Positions 47,701-62,200 of a stretch of 64,000 bases of DNA are shown here, piece after piece. The translations under genes and the position numbers were made by a program. Numbering within the stretch: the stretch's first letter is position 1; every line of letters begins with the position of its first letter. This DNA comes from Eledone cirrhosa (lineage: Eukaryota): NCBI GenBank assembly GCA_964016885.1, contig OZ024753.1, positions 25,048,001 to 25,112,000 of the forward strand, written 5' to 3'. The notes beneath the pieces are model-generated. The model saw nothing but the letters and a program-made list of their open reading frames with translations, had not been told where the DNA came from and searched no databases.

Positions 47701-50700
47701 GATAGTAATAACTCCAACCAAGTCATAGAAACATGATAGTAATAACTCCAGTCAAGACATAGAAACAGGATAGTAATAACTCCAGTCAAGACATAGAAAC
47801 AGGATAGTAATAACTCCAGTCAAGACATAGAAACATGATAATAATAACTCCAACCAAGACATAGAAACATGATAGTAATAAACCCAATCATGACATAAAA
47901 ACATGATAATAATAACTTCAGTCAAGATATAGAAACATGATAGTAATAACTCCAGTCAAGATATAGAAACATGATAGTAATAACTCCAGCCAAGACATAG
48001 AAACATGATAGTAATAACTCCAGCCAACACATAGAAACATGATAGTAATAACTCCAGCCAAGATATAGAAACAGGATAGTAATAACTCCAGTCAAGACAT
48101 AGAAACATGATAGTAATAACTCCAGTCAAGACATAGAAACATGATAGTAATAACTCCAGCCAAGACATAGAAACATGATAGTAATAACTCCAGCCAACAC
48201 ATAGAAACATGATAGTAATAACTCCAGCCAAGATATAGAAACAGGATAGTAATAACTCCAGTCAAGACATAGAAACATGATAGTAATAACTCCAGTCAAG
48301 ACATAGAAACAGGATAGTAATAACTCCAGTCAAGACATAGAAACATTATAGTAATAACACCAACCAAGATATAGGAACAGGATAGTAATAACTCCAGTCC
48401 AGACATAGAAACAGGATAGTAATAACTCCAACCAAGACATAGAAACAGGATAGTAATAACTCCAACCAAAATATGGAAACATGATAGTAATAACTCCAAC
48501 CAAGACATAGAAACATGATAGTAATAACTCCAACCAAGACATAGAAACAGGATAGTAATAACTCCAACCAAGATATAGAAATAGGATAGTAATAACTCCA
48601 ACCAAAATATTGAAACATGATAGTAATAACTCCAACCAAGATATAGAAACAGGATAGTAATAACTCCAACCAAGACATAGAAACAGGATAGTAATAACTC
48701 CAAACTAAATGTGGAAACATGATAGTAATAACTCCAATCAAGACATAGAAACAGGATAGTAATAACTCCTACCAAGACATAGAAACATGATAGTAATAAC
48801 TCCAACCAAGACATAGAAACAGGATAGTAATAACTCCAGCCAAGATATAGAAACAGGATAGTAATGAATCCAACCAAGACATAGAAACATGATAGTAATA
48901 TCTCCAACCAAGATATAGAAACAGGATAGTAATAACCCCAACCAAGACATAGAAACATGATAGTAATAACTCCAACCAAGATATAGAAACAGGATAGTAA
49001 TAACTCCAACCAAGACATAGAAACATGATAGTAATAACTCAAACCAAGATATAGAAACAGGATAGTAATAACTCCAACCAAGACATAGAAAAAGGATAGT
49101 AATAACTCCAGCCAAGATATAGAAACAGGATAGTAATAACTCCAACCAAGACATAGAAACAGGATAGTAATAACTACAACCAAGATATAGAAACAGGATA
49201 GTAATAACTCCAACCAAGACATAGAAAAAGGATAGTAATAACTCCAGCCAAGATATAGAAACAGGATAGTAATAACTCCAACCAAGACATAGAAACAGGA
49301 TAGTAATAACTCCAACCAAGACATAGAAACAGGATAGTAATAACTCCAACCAAGACATAGAAACAGGATAGTAATAACTACAACCAAGATATAGAAACAT
49401 GATAGTAATAACTCCAGCCAAGATATAGAAACAGGATAGTAATAACTCCAACCAAGACATAGAAACAGGATAGTAATAACTCCAACCAAAATATGGAAAC
49501 ATGATAGTAATAACTCCAATCAAGACATAGAAACAGGATAGTAATAACTCCAACCAAGACAGAGAAACAGGATAGTAATAACTCCAGTCAAGACATAGAA
49601 ACAGGATAGTAATAACTCCAGCCAAGATATAGAAACAGGATAGTAATAACTCCAGTCAAGACATAGAAACATTATAGTAATAACACCAACCAAGACATAG
49701 GAACAGGATAGTAATAACTCCAGTCAAAACATAGAAACAGGATAGTAATAACTCCAACCAAGATATAGAAACAGGATAGTAATAACTCCAGTCAAGACAT
49801 AGAAACATGATAATAATAACTCCAACCAAGACATAGAAACATGATAGTAATAAACCCAATCATGACATAAAAACATGATAATAATAACTTCAGTCAAGAT
49901 ATAGAAACATGATAGTAATAACTCCAGTCAAGATATAGAAACATGATAGTAATAACTCCAGCCAAGACATAGAAACATGATAGTAATAACTCCAGCCAAC
50001 ACATAGAAACATGATAGTAATAACTCCAGCCAAGATATAGAAACTGGATAGTAATAACTCCAGTCAAGACATAGAAACATGATAGTAATAACTCCAGTCA
50101 AGACATAGAAACATGATAGTAATAACTCCAGCCAAGACATAGAAACATGATAGTAATAACTCCAGCCAACACTTAGAAACAGGATAGTAATAACTCCAGT
50201 CAAGACATAGAAACAGGATAGTAATAACTCCAACCAAGACATAGAAACAGGATAGTAATAACTCCAACCAAAATATGGAAACATGATAGTAATAACTCCA
50301 ACCAAGACATAGAAACATGATAGTAATAACTCCAACCAAGACATAGAAACAAGATAGTAATAACTCCAACCAAGATATAGAAATAGGATAGTAATAACTC
50401 CAACCAAAATATTGAAACATGATAGTAATAACTCAAACCAAGATATAGAAACAGGATAGTAATAACTCCAACCAAGACATAGAAAAAGGATAGTAATAAC
50501 TCCAGCCAAGATATAGAAACAGGATAGTAATAACTCCAACCAAGACATAGAAACAGGATAGTAATAACTACAACCAAGATATTGAAACAGGATAGTAATA
50601 ACTCCAACCAAGACATAGAAAAAGGATAGTAATAACTCCAACAAAGACATAGAAACAGGATAGTAATAACTCCAACCAAGACATAGAAACAGGATAGTAA

Positions 50701-53700
50701 TAACTACAACCAAGATATAGAAACATGATAGTAATAACTCCAGCCAAGATATAGAAACAGGATAGTAATAACTCCAACCAAGACATAGAAACAGGATAGT
50801 AATAACTCCAACCAAAATATGGAAACATGATAGTAATAACTCCAACCAAGTTATAGAAACATGATAGTAATAACTCCAGTCAAGACATAGAAACAGGATA
50901 GTAATAACTCCAGCCAAGATATAGAAACAGGATAGTAATAACTCCAGTCAAGACATAGAAACATGATAGTAATAACTCCAGTCAAGATATAGAAACAGGA
51001 TAGTAATAACTCCAGTCAAGACATAGAAACATGATAGTAATAACTCCAGTCAAGACATAGAAACATGATAGTAATAACTCCAGTCAAGACATAGAAACAT
51101 GATAGTAATAACTCCAGCCAAGATATAGAAACAGGATAGTAATTACTCCAGTCAAGACATAGAAACATGATAGTAATAACTCCAGTCAAGACATAGAAAC
51201 ATGATAGTAATAACTCCAACCAAGTCATAGAAACATGATAGTAATAACTCCAGGCAAGACATAGAAACAGGATAGTAATAACTCCAGTCAAGACATAGAA
51301 ACATGATAGTAATAACTCCAACCAAGTCATAGAAACATGATAGTAATAACTCCAGCCAAGATATAGAAACAGGATAGTAATAACTCCAGTCAAGACATAG
51401 AAACATGATAGTAATAACTCCAGTCAAGACATAGAAACATGATAGTAATAACTCCAACCAAGTCATAGAAACATGATAGTAATAACTCCAGTCAAGACAT
51501 AGAAACAGGATAGTAATAACTCCAGTCAAGACATAGAAACAGGATAGTAATAACTCCAGTCAAGACATAGAAACATGATAATAATAACTCCAACCAAGAC
51601 ATAGAAACATGATAGTAATAAACCCAATCATGACATAAAAACATGATAATAATAACTTCAGTCAAGATATAGAAACATGATAGTAATAACTCCAGTCAAG
51701 ATATAGAAACATGATAGTAATAACTCCAGCCAAGACATAGAAACATGATAGTAATAACTCCAGCCAACACATAGAAACATGATAGTAATAACTCCAGCCA
51801 AGATATAGAAACAGGATAGTAATAACTCCAGTCAAGACATAGAAACATGATAGTAATAACTCCAGTCAAGACATAGAAACATGATAGTAATAACTCCAGC
51901 CAAGACATAGAAACATGATAGTAATAACTCCAGCCAACACATAGAAACATGATAGTAATAACTCCAGCCAAGATATAGAAACAGGATAGTAATAACTCCA
52001 GTCAAGACATAGAAACATGATAGTAATAACTCCAGTCAAGACATAGAAACAGGATAGTAATAACTACAGTCAAGACATAGAAACAGGATAGTAATAACTC
52101 CAACCAAGACATAGAAACAGGATAGTAATAACTCCAACCAAAATATGGAAACATGATAGTAATAACTCCAACCAAGACATAGAAACATGATAGTAATAAC
52201 TCCAACCAAGACATAGAAACAGGATAGTAATAACTCCAACCAAGATATAGAAATAGGATAGTAATAACTCCAACCAAAGTATTGAAACATGATAGTAATA
52301 ACTCCAACCAAGATATAGAAACAGGATAGTAATAACTCCAACCAAGACATAGAAACAGGATAGTAATAACTCCAAACTAAATGTGGAAACATGATAGTAA
52401 TAACTCCAATCAAGACATAGAAACAGGATAGTAATAACTCCTACCAAGACATAGAAACATGATAGTAATAACTCCAACCAAGACATAGAAACAGGATAGT
52501 AATAACTCCAGCCAAGATATAGAAACAGGATAGTAATGAATCCAACCAAGACATAGAAACATGATAGTAATATCTCCAACCAAGATATAGAAACAGGATA
52601 GTAATAACTCCAACCAAGACATAGAAACATGATAGTAATAACTGCAACCAAGATATAGAAACAGGATAGTAATAACTCCAACCAAGACATAGAAACATGA
52701 TAGTACTAACTGAAACCAAGATATAGAAACAGGATAGTAATAACTCCAACCAAGACATAGAAAAAGGATAGTAATAACTCCAGCCAAGATATAGAAACAG
52801 GATAGTAATAACTCCAACCAAGACATAGAAACAGGATAGTAATAACTCCAACCAAGACATAGAAACAGGATAGTAATAACTCCAACCAAGACATAGAAAC
52901 AGGATAGTAATAACTACAACCAAGATATAGAAACATGATAGTAATAACTCCAGCCAAGATATAGAAACAGGATAGTAATAACTCCAACCAAGACATAGAA
53001 ACAGGATAGTAATAACTCCAACCAAAATATGGAAACATGATAGTAATAACTCCAATCAAGACATAGAAACAGGATAGTAATAACTCCAACCAAGACAGAG
53101 AAACAGGATAGTAATAACTCCAGTCAAGACATAGAAACAGGATAGTAATAACTCCAGCCAAGATATAGAAACAGGATAGTAATAACTCCAGTCAAGACAT
53201 AGAAACATGATAGTAATAACTCCAGTCAAGACATAGAAACATGATAGTAATAACTCCAGTCAAGACATAGAAACAGGATAGTAATAACTCCAGTCAAGAC
53301 ATAGAAACATGATAGTAATAACTCCAACCAAGTCATAGAAACATGATAGTAATAACTCCAGTCAAGACACAGAAACAGGATAGTAATAACTCCAGTCAAG
53401 ACATAGAAACATTATAGTAATAACACCAACCAAGACATAGGAACAGGATAGTAATAACTCCAGTCAAGACATAGAAACATGATAGTAATAACTCCAGCCA
53501 AGACATAGAAACATGATAGTAATAACTCCAGCCAACACATAGAAACATGATAGTAATAACTCCAGCCAAGATATAGAAACAGGATAGTAATAACTCCAGT
53601 CAAGACATAGAAACATGATAGTAATAACTCCAGTCAAGACATAGAAACAGGATAGTAATAACTACAGTCAAGACATAGAAACAGGATAGTAATAACTCCA

Positions 53701-56700
53701 ACCAAGACATAGAAACAGGATAGTAATAACTCCAACCAAAATATGGAAACATGATAGTAATAACTCCAACCAAGACATAGAAACATGATAGTAATAACTC
53801 CAACCAAGACATAGAAACAGGATAGTAATAACTCCAACCAAGATATAGAAATAGGATAGTAATAACTCCAACCAAAATATTGAAACATGATAGTAATAAC
53901 TCCAACCAAGATATAGAAACAGGATAGTAATAACTCCAACCAAGACATAGAAACAGGATAGTAATAACTCCAAACTAAATGTGGAAACATGATAGTAATA
54001 ACTCCAATCAAGACATAGAAACAGGATAGTAATAACTCCTACCAAGACATAGAAACATGATAGTAATAACTCCAACCAAGACATAGAAACAGGATAGTAA
54101 TAACTCCAGCCAAGATATAGAAACAGGATAGTAATGAATCCAACCAAGACATAGAAACATGATAGTAATATCTCCAACCAAGATATAGAAACAGGATAGT
54201 AATAACTCCAACCAAGACATAGAAACATGATAGTAATAACTGCAACCAAGATATAGAAACAGGATAGTAATAACTCCAACCAAGACATAGAAACATGATA
54301 GTACTAACTGAAACCAAGATATAGAAACAGGATAGTAATAACTCCAACCAAGACATAGAAAAAGGATAGTAATAACTCCAGCCAAGATATAGAAACAGGA
54401 TAGTAATAACTCCAACCTAGACATAGAAACAGGATAGTAATAACTACAACCAAGATATAGAAACAGGATAGTAATAACTCCAACCAAGACATAGAAAAAG
54501 GATAGTAATAACTCCAGCCAAGATATAGAAACAGGATAGTAATAACTCCAACCAAGACATAGAAACAGGATAGTAATAACTCCAACCAAGACATAGAAAC
54601 AGGATAGTAATAACTCCAACCAAGACATAGAAACAGGATAGTAATAACTACAACCAAGATATAGAAACATGATAGTAATAACTCCAGCCAAGATATAGAA
54701 ACAGGATAGTAATAACTCCAACCAAGACATAGAAACAGGATAGTAATAACTCCAACCAAAATATGGAAACATGATAGTAATAACTCCAATCAAGACATAG
54801 AAACAGGATAGTAATAACTCCAACCAAGACAGAGAAACAGGATAGTAATAACTCCAGTCAAGACATAGAAACAGGATAGTAATAACTCCAGCCAAGATAT
54901 AGAAACAGGATAGTAATAACTCCAGTCAAGACATAGAAACATGATAGTAATAACTCCAGTCAAGACATAGAAACATGATAGTAATAACTCCAGTCAAGAC
55001 ATAGAAACAGGATAGTAATAACTCCAGTCAAGACATAGAAACATGATAGTAATAACTCCAACCAAGTCATAGAAACATGATAGTAATAACTCCAGTCAAG
55101 ACACAGAAACAGGATAGTAATAACTCCAGTCAAGACATAGAAACATTATAGTAATAACACCAACCAAGACATAGGAACAGGATAGTAATAACTCCAGTCA
55201 AGACATAGAAACAGGATAGTAATAACTCTAACCAAGATATAGAAACAGGATAGTAATAACTCCAGTCAAGACATAGAAACATGATAATAATAACTCCAAC
55301 CAAGACATAGAAACATGATAGTAATAAACCCAATCATGACATAAAAACATGATAATAATAACTTCAGTCAAGATATAGAAACATGATAGTAATAACTCCA
55401 GGCAAGATATAGAAACATGATAGTAATAACTCCAGCCAAGACATAGAAACATGATAGTAATAACTCCAGCCAACACATAGAAACATGATAGTAATAACTC
55501 CAGCCAAGATATAGAAACAGGATAGTAATAACTCCAGTCAAGACATAGAAACATGATAGTAATAACTCCAGTCAAGACATAGAAACATGATAGTAATAAC
55601 TCCAGCCAAGACATAGAAACATGATAGTAATAACTCCAGCCAACACATAGAAACATGATAGTAATAACTCCAGCGAAGATATAGAAACAGGATAGTAATA
55701 ACTCCAGTCAAGACATAGAAACATGATAGTAATAACTCCAGTCAAGACATAGAAACAGGATAGTAATAACTCCAGTCAAGACATAGAAACATTATAGTAA
55801 TAACACCAACCAAGACATAGGAACAGGATAGTAATAACTCCAGTCAAGACATAGAAACAGGATAGTAATAACTCCAACCAAGACATAGAAACAGGATAGT
55901 AATAACTCCAACCAAAATATGGAAACATGATAGTAATAACTCCAACCAAGACATAGAAACATGATAGTAATAACTCCAACCAAGACATAGAAACAAGATA
56001 GTAATAACTCCAACCAAGATATAAAAATAGGATAGTAATAACTCCAACCAAAATATTGAAACATGATAGTAATAACTGAAACCAAGATATAGAAACAGGA
56101 TAGTAATAACTCCAACCAAGACATAGAAAAAGGATAGTAATAACTCCAGCCAAGATATAGAAACAGGATAGTAATAACTCCAACCAAGACATAGAAACAG
56201 GATAGTAATAACTACAACCAAGATATTGAAACAGGATAGTAATAACTCCAACCAAGACATAGAAAAAGGATAGTAATAACTCCAGCCAAGATATAGAAAC
56301 AGGATAGTAATAACTCCAACAAAGACATAGAAACAGGATAGTAATAACTCCAACCAAGACATAGAAACAGGATAGTAATAACTCCAACCAAGACATAGAA
56401 ACAGGATAGTAATAACTACAACCAAGATATAGAAACATGATAGTAATAACTCCAGCCAAGATATAGAAACAGGATAGTAATAACTCCAACCAAGACATAG
56501 AAACAGGATAGTAATAACTCCAACCAAAATATGGAAACATGATAGTAATAACTCCAACCAAGTTATAGAAACAGGATAGTAATAACTCCAGTCAAGACAT
56601 AGTAACAGGATAGTAATAACTACAACCAAGATATAGAAACATGATAGTAATAACTCCAGTCAAGACATAGAAACAGGATAGTAATAACTCCAGCCAAGAT

Positions 56701-59250
56701 ATAGAAACAGGATAGTAATAACTCCAGTCAAGACATAGAAACATGATAGTAATAACTCCAGTCAAAATATAGAAACAGGATAGTAATAACTCCAGTCAAG
56801 ACATAGAAACATGATAGTAATAACTCCAGTCAAGACATAGAAACATGATAGTAATAACTCCAGTCAAGACATAGAAACAGGATAGTAATAACTCCAGTCA
56901 AGACATAGAAACATGATAGTAATAACTCCAACCAAGTCATAGAAACATGATAGTGATAACTCCAGCCAAGATATAGAAACAGGATAGTAATAACTCCAGT
57001 CAAGACATAGAAACATGATAGTAATAACTCCAGTCAAGACATAGAAACATGATAGTAATAACTCCAACCAAGTCATAGAAACATGATAGTAATAACTCCA
57101 GTCAAGACATAGAAACAGGATAGTAATAACTCCAGTCAAGACATAGAAACATGATAGTAATAACTCCAACCAAGTCATAGAAACATGATAGTAATAACTC
57201 CAGCCAAGATATAGAAACAGGATAGTAATAACTCCAGTCAAGACATAGAAACATGATAGTAATAACTCCAGTCAAGACATAGAAACATGATAGTAATAAC
57301 TCCAACCAAGTCATAGAAACATGATAGTAATAACTCCAGTCAAGACATAGAAACAGGATAGTAATAACTCCAGTCAAGACATAGAAACAGGATAGTAATA
57401 ACTCCAGTCAAGACATAGAAACATGATAATAATAACTCCAACCAAGACATAGAAACATGATAGTAATAAACCCAATCATGACATAAAAACATGATAATAA
57501 TAACTTCAGTCAAGATATAGAAACATGATAGTAATAACTCCAGTCAAGATATAGAAACATGATAGTAATAACTCCAGCCAAGACATAGAAACATGATAGT
57601 AATAACTCCAGCCAACACATAGAAACATGATAGTAATAACTCCAGCCAAGATATAGAAACAGGATAGTAATAACTCCAGTCAAGACATAGAAACATGATA
57701 GTAATAACTCCAGTCAAGACATAGAAACATGATAGTAATAACTCCAGCCAAGACATAGAAACATGATAGTAATAACTCCAGCCAACACATAGAAACATGA
57801 TAGTAATAACTCCAGCCAAGATATAGAAACAGGATAGTAATAACTCCAGTCAAGACATAGAAACATGATAGTAATAACTCCAGTCAAGACATAGAAACAG
57901 GATAGTAATAACTCCAGTCAAGACATAGAAACATTATAGTAATAACACCAACCAAGATATAGGAACAGGATAGTAATAACTCCAGTCCAGACATAGAAAC
58001 AGGATAGTAATAACTCCAACCAAGACATAGAAACAGGATAGTAATAACTCCAACCAAAATATGGAAACATGATAGTAATAACTCCAACCAAGACATAGAA
58101 ACATGATAGTAATAACTCCAACCAAGACATAGAAACAGGATAGTAATAACTCCAACCAAGATATAGAAATAGGATAGTAATAACTCCAACCAAAATATTG
58201 AAACATGATAGTAATAACTCCAACCAAGATATAGAAACAGGATAGTAATAACTCCAACCAAGACATAGAAACAGGATAGTAATAACTCCAAACTAAATGT
58301 GGAAACATGATAGTAATAACTCCAATCAAGACATAGAAACAGGATAGTAATAACTCCTACCAAGACATAGAAACATGATAGTAATAACTCCAACCAAGAC
58401 ATAGAAACAGGATAGTAATAACTCCAGCCAAGATATAGAAACAGGATAGTAATGAATCCAACCAAGACATAGAAACATGATAGTAATATCTCCAACCAAG
58501 ATATAGAAACAGGATAGTAATAACCCCAACCAAGACATAGAAACATGATAGTAATAACTCCAACCAAGATATAGAAACAGGATAGTAATAACTCCAACCA
58601 AGACATAGAAACATGATAGTAATAACTCAAACCAAGATATAGAAACAGGATAGTAATAACTCCAACCAAGACATAGAAAAAGGATAGTAATAACTCCAGC
58701 CAAGATATAGAAACAGGATAGTAATAACTCCAACCAAGACATAGAAACAGGATAGTAATAACTACAACCAAGATATAGAAACAGGATAGTAATAACTCCA
58801 ACCAAGACATAGAAAAAGGATAGTAATAACTCCAGCCAAGATATAGAAACAGGATAGTAATAACTCCAACCAAGACATAGAAACAGGATAGTAATAACTC
58901 CAACCAAGACATAGAAACAGGATAGTAATAACTCCAACCAAGACATAGAAACAGGATAGTAATAACTACAACCAAGATATAGAAACATGATAGTAATAAC
59001 TCCAGCCAAGATATAGAAACAGGATAGTAATAACTCCAACCAAGACATAGAAACAGGATAGTAATAACTCCAACCAAAATATGGAAACATGATAGTAATA
59101 ACTCCAATCAAGACATAGAAACAGGATAGTAATAACTCCAACCAAGACAGAGAAACAGGATAGTAATAACTCCAGTCAAGACATAGAAACAGGATAGTAA
59201 TAACTCCAGCCAAGATATAGAAACAGGATAGTAATAACTCCAGTCAAGAC
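41770..59250. repeat. About 7.9-kb unit duplicated in tandem; the second copy is expanded by an internal 1598-bp (47-monomer) duplication
   Basis: Offsets are 7888 (41768/49656, 42176/50064), then 7990 (43706/51696, 44046/52036), then 9588 = 7990+1598 (44420/54008, 46188/55776, 48296/57884). ORFs 52036/53634 and 52410/54008 are offset by 1598. Confidence 0.88.
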
Positions 59251-62200
59251 ATAGAAACATGATAGTAATAACTCCAGTCAAGACATAGAAACATGATAGT
59301 AATAACTCCAGTCAAGACATAGAAACAGGATAGTAATAACTCCAGTCAAGACATAGAAACATGATAGTAATAACTCCAACCAAGTCATAGAAACATGATA
59401 GTAATAACTCCAGTCAAGACACAGAAACAGGATAGTAATAACTCCAGTCAAGACATAGAAACATTATAGTAATAACACCAACCAAGACATAGGAACAGGA
59501 TAGTAATAACTCCAGTCAAGACATAGAAACAGGATAGTAATAACTCCAACCAAGATATAGAAACAGGATAGTAATAACTCCAGTCAAGACATAGAAAAAT
59601 GATAATAATAACTCCAACCAAGACATAGAAACATGATAGTAATAAACCCAATCATGACATAAAAACATGATAATAATAACTTCAGTCAAGATATAGAAAC
59701 ATGATAGTAATAACTCCAGTCAAGATATAGAAACATGATAGTAATAACTCCAGCCAAGACATAGAAACATGATAGTAATAACTCCAGCCAACACATAGAA
59801 ACATGATAGTAATAACTCCAGCCAAGATATAGAAACAGGATAGTAATAACTCCAGTCAAGACATAGAAACATGATAGTAATAACTCCAGCCAAGATATAG
59901 AAACAGGATAGTAATAACTCCAGTCAAGACATAGAAACATGATAGTAATAACTCCAGTCAAGACATAGAAACAGGATAGTAATAACTCCAGTCAAGACAT
60001 AGAAACATTATAGTAATAACACCAACCAAGACATAGGAACAGGATAGTAATAACTCCAGTCAAGACATAGAAACAGGATAGTAATAACTCCAACCAAGAC
60101 ATAGAAACAGGATAGTAATAACTCCAACCAAAATATGGAAACATGATAGTAATAACTCCAACCAAGACTTAGAAACATGATAGTAATAACTCCAACCAAG
60201 ACATAGAAACAAGATAGTAATAACTCCAACCAAGATATAGAAATAGGATAGTAATAACTCCAACCAAAATATTGAAACATGATAGTAATAACTCAAACCA
60301 AGATATAGAAACAGGATAGTAATAACTCCAACCAAGACATAGAAAAAGGATAGTAATAACTCCAGCCAAGATATAGAAACAGGATAGTAATAACTCCAAC
60401 CAAGACATAGAAACAGGATAGTAATAACTACAACCAAGATATTGAAACAGGATAGTAATAACTCCAACCAAGACATAGAAAAAGGATAGTAATAACTCCA
60501 GCCAAGATATAGAAACAGGATAGTAATAACTCCAACAAAGACATAGAAACAGGATAGTAATAACTCCAACCAAGACATAGAAACAGGATAGTAATAACTC
60601 CAACCAAGACATAGAAACAGGATAGTAATAACTACAACCAACATATAGAAACATGATAGTAATAACTCCAGCCAAGATATAGAAACAGGATAGTAATAAC
60701 TCCAACCAAGACATAGAAACAGGATAGTAATAACTCCAACCAAAATATGGAAACATGATAGTAATAACTCCAACCAAGTTATAGAAACAGGATAGTAATA
60801 ACTCCAGTCAAGACATAGTAACAGGATAGTAATAACTACAACCAAGATATAGAAACATGATAGTAATAACTCCAGTCAAGACATAGAAACAGGATAGTAA
60901 TAACTCCAGCCAAGATATAGAAACAGGATAGTAATAACTCCAGTCAAGACATAGAAACATGATAGTAATAACTCCAGTCAAGATATAGAAACAGGATAGT
61001 AATAACTCCAGTCAAGACATAGAAACATGATAGTAATAACTCCAGTCAAGACATAGAAACATGATAGTAATAACTCCAGTCAAGACATAGAAACAGGATA
61101 GTAATAACTCCAGTCAAGACATAGAAACATGATAGTAATAACTCCAACCAAGTCATAGAAACATGATAGTAATAACTCCAGCCAAGATATAGAAACAGGA
61201 TAGTAATAACTCCAGTCAAGACATAGAAACATGATAGTAATAACTCCAGTCAAGACATAGAAACATGATAGTAATAACTCCAACCAAGTCATAGAAACAT
61301 GATAGTAATAACTCCAGTCAAGACATAGAAACAGGATAGTAATAACTCCAGTCAAGACATAGAAACATGATAGTAATAACTCCAACCAAGTCATAGAAAC
61401 ATGATAGTAATAACTCCAGCCAAGATATAGAAACAGGATAGTAATAACTCCAGTCAAGACATAGAAACATGATAGTAATAACTCCAGTCAAGACATAGAA
61501 ACATGATAGTAATAACTCCAACCAAGTCATAGAAACATGATAGTAATAACTCCAGTCAAGACATAGAAACAGGATAGTAATAACTCCAGTCAAGACATAG
61601 AAACAGGATAGTAATAACTCCAGTCAAGACATAGAAGCATGATAGTAATAACTCCAACCAAGATATAGAAACAAGATAGTAATAACTCCAACCAAGACAT
61701 AGAAACATGATAGTAATAACTCCAGTCAAGACATAGAAACATGATAGTAATAACACCAGTCACGACGTCGAAACAGGATAGTAATAACTCCTGCCAAGAT
61801 ATAGAAACAGGATAGTAATAACTCCAACCAAGACATAGAAACATGATAGTAATAACTCCAACCAAGACATAGAAACATGATAGTAATAACTCCAACCAAG
61901 ATATAGAAACAGGATAGTAATAACTCCAGTCAAGACATAGTAACAGGATAGTAATAACTCCAACCAAGATATAGAAACAGGATAGTAATAACTCCAGTCA
62001 AGACATAGTAACAGGATAGTAATAACTCCAACCAAGACATAGAAACATGATAGTAATAACGCCAACCAAAATATAGAAACAGGATAGTAATAACTCTAAC
62101 CAAGATATAGAAACATGGTAGTAATAACTCCAACCAAAATATAGAAACATGATAGTAGTAACTCCAACCAAGACATAGAAACATGATAGTAATAACTCCA

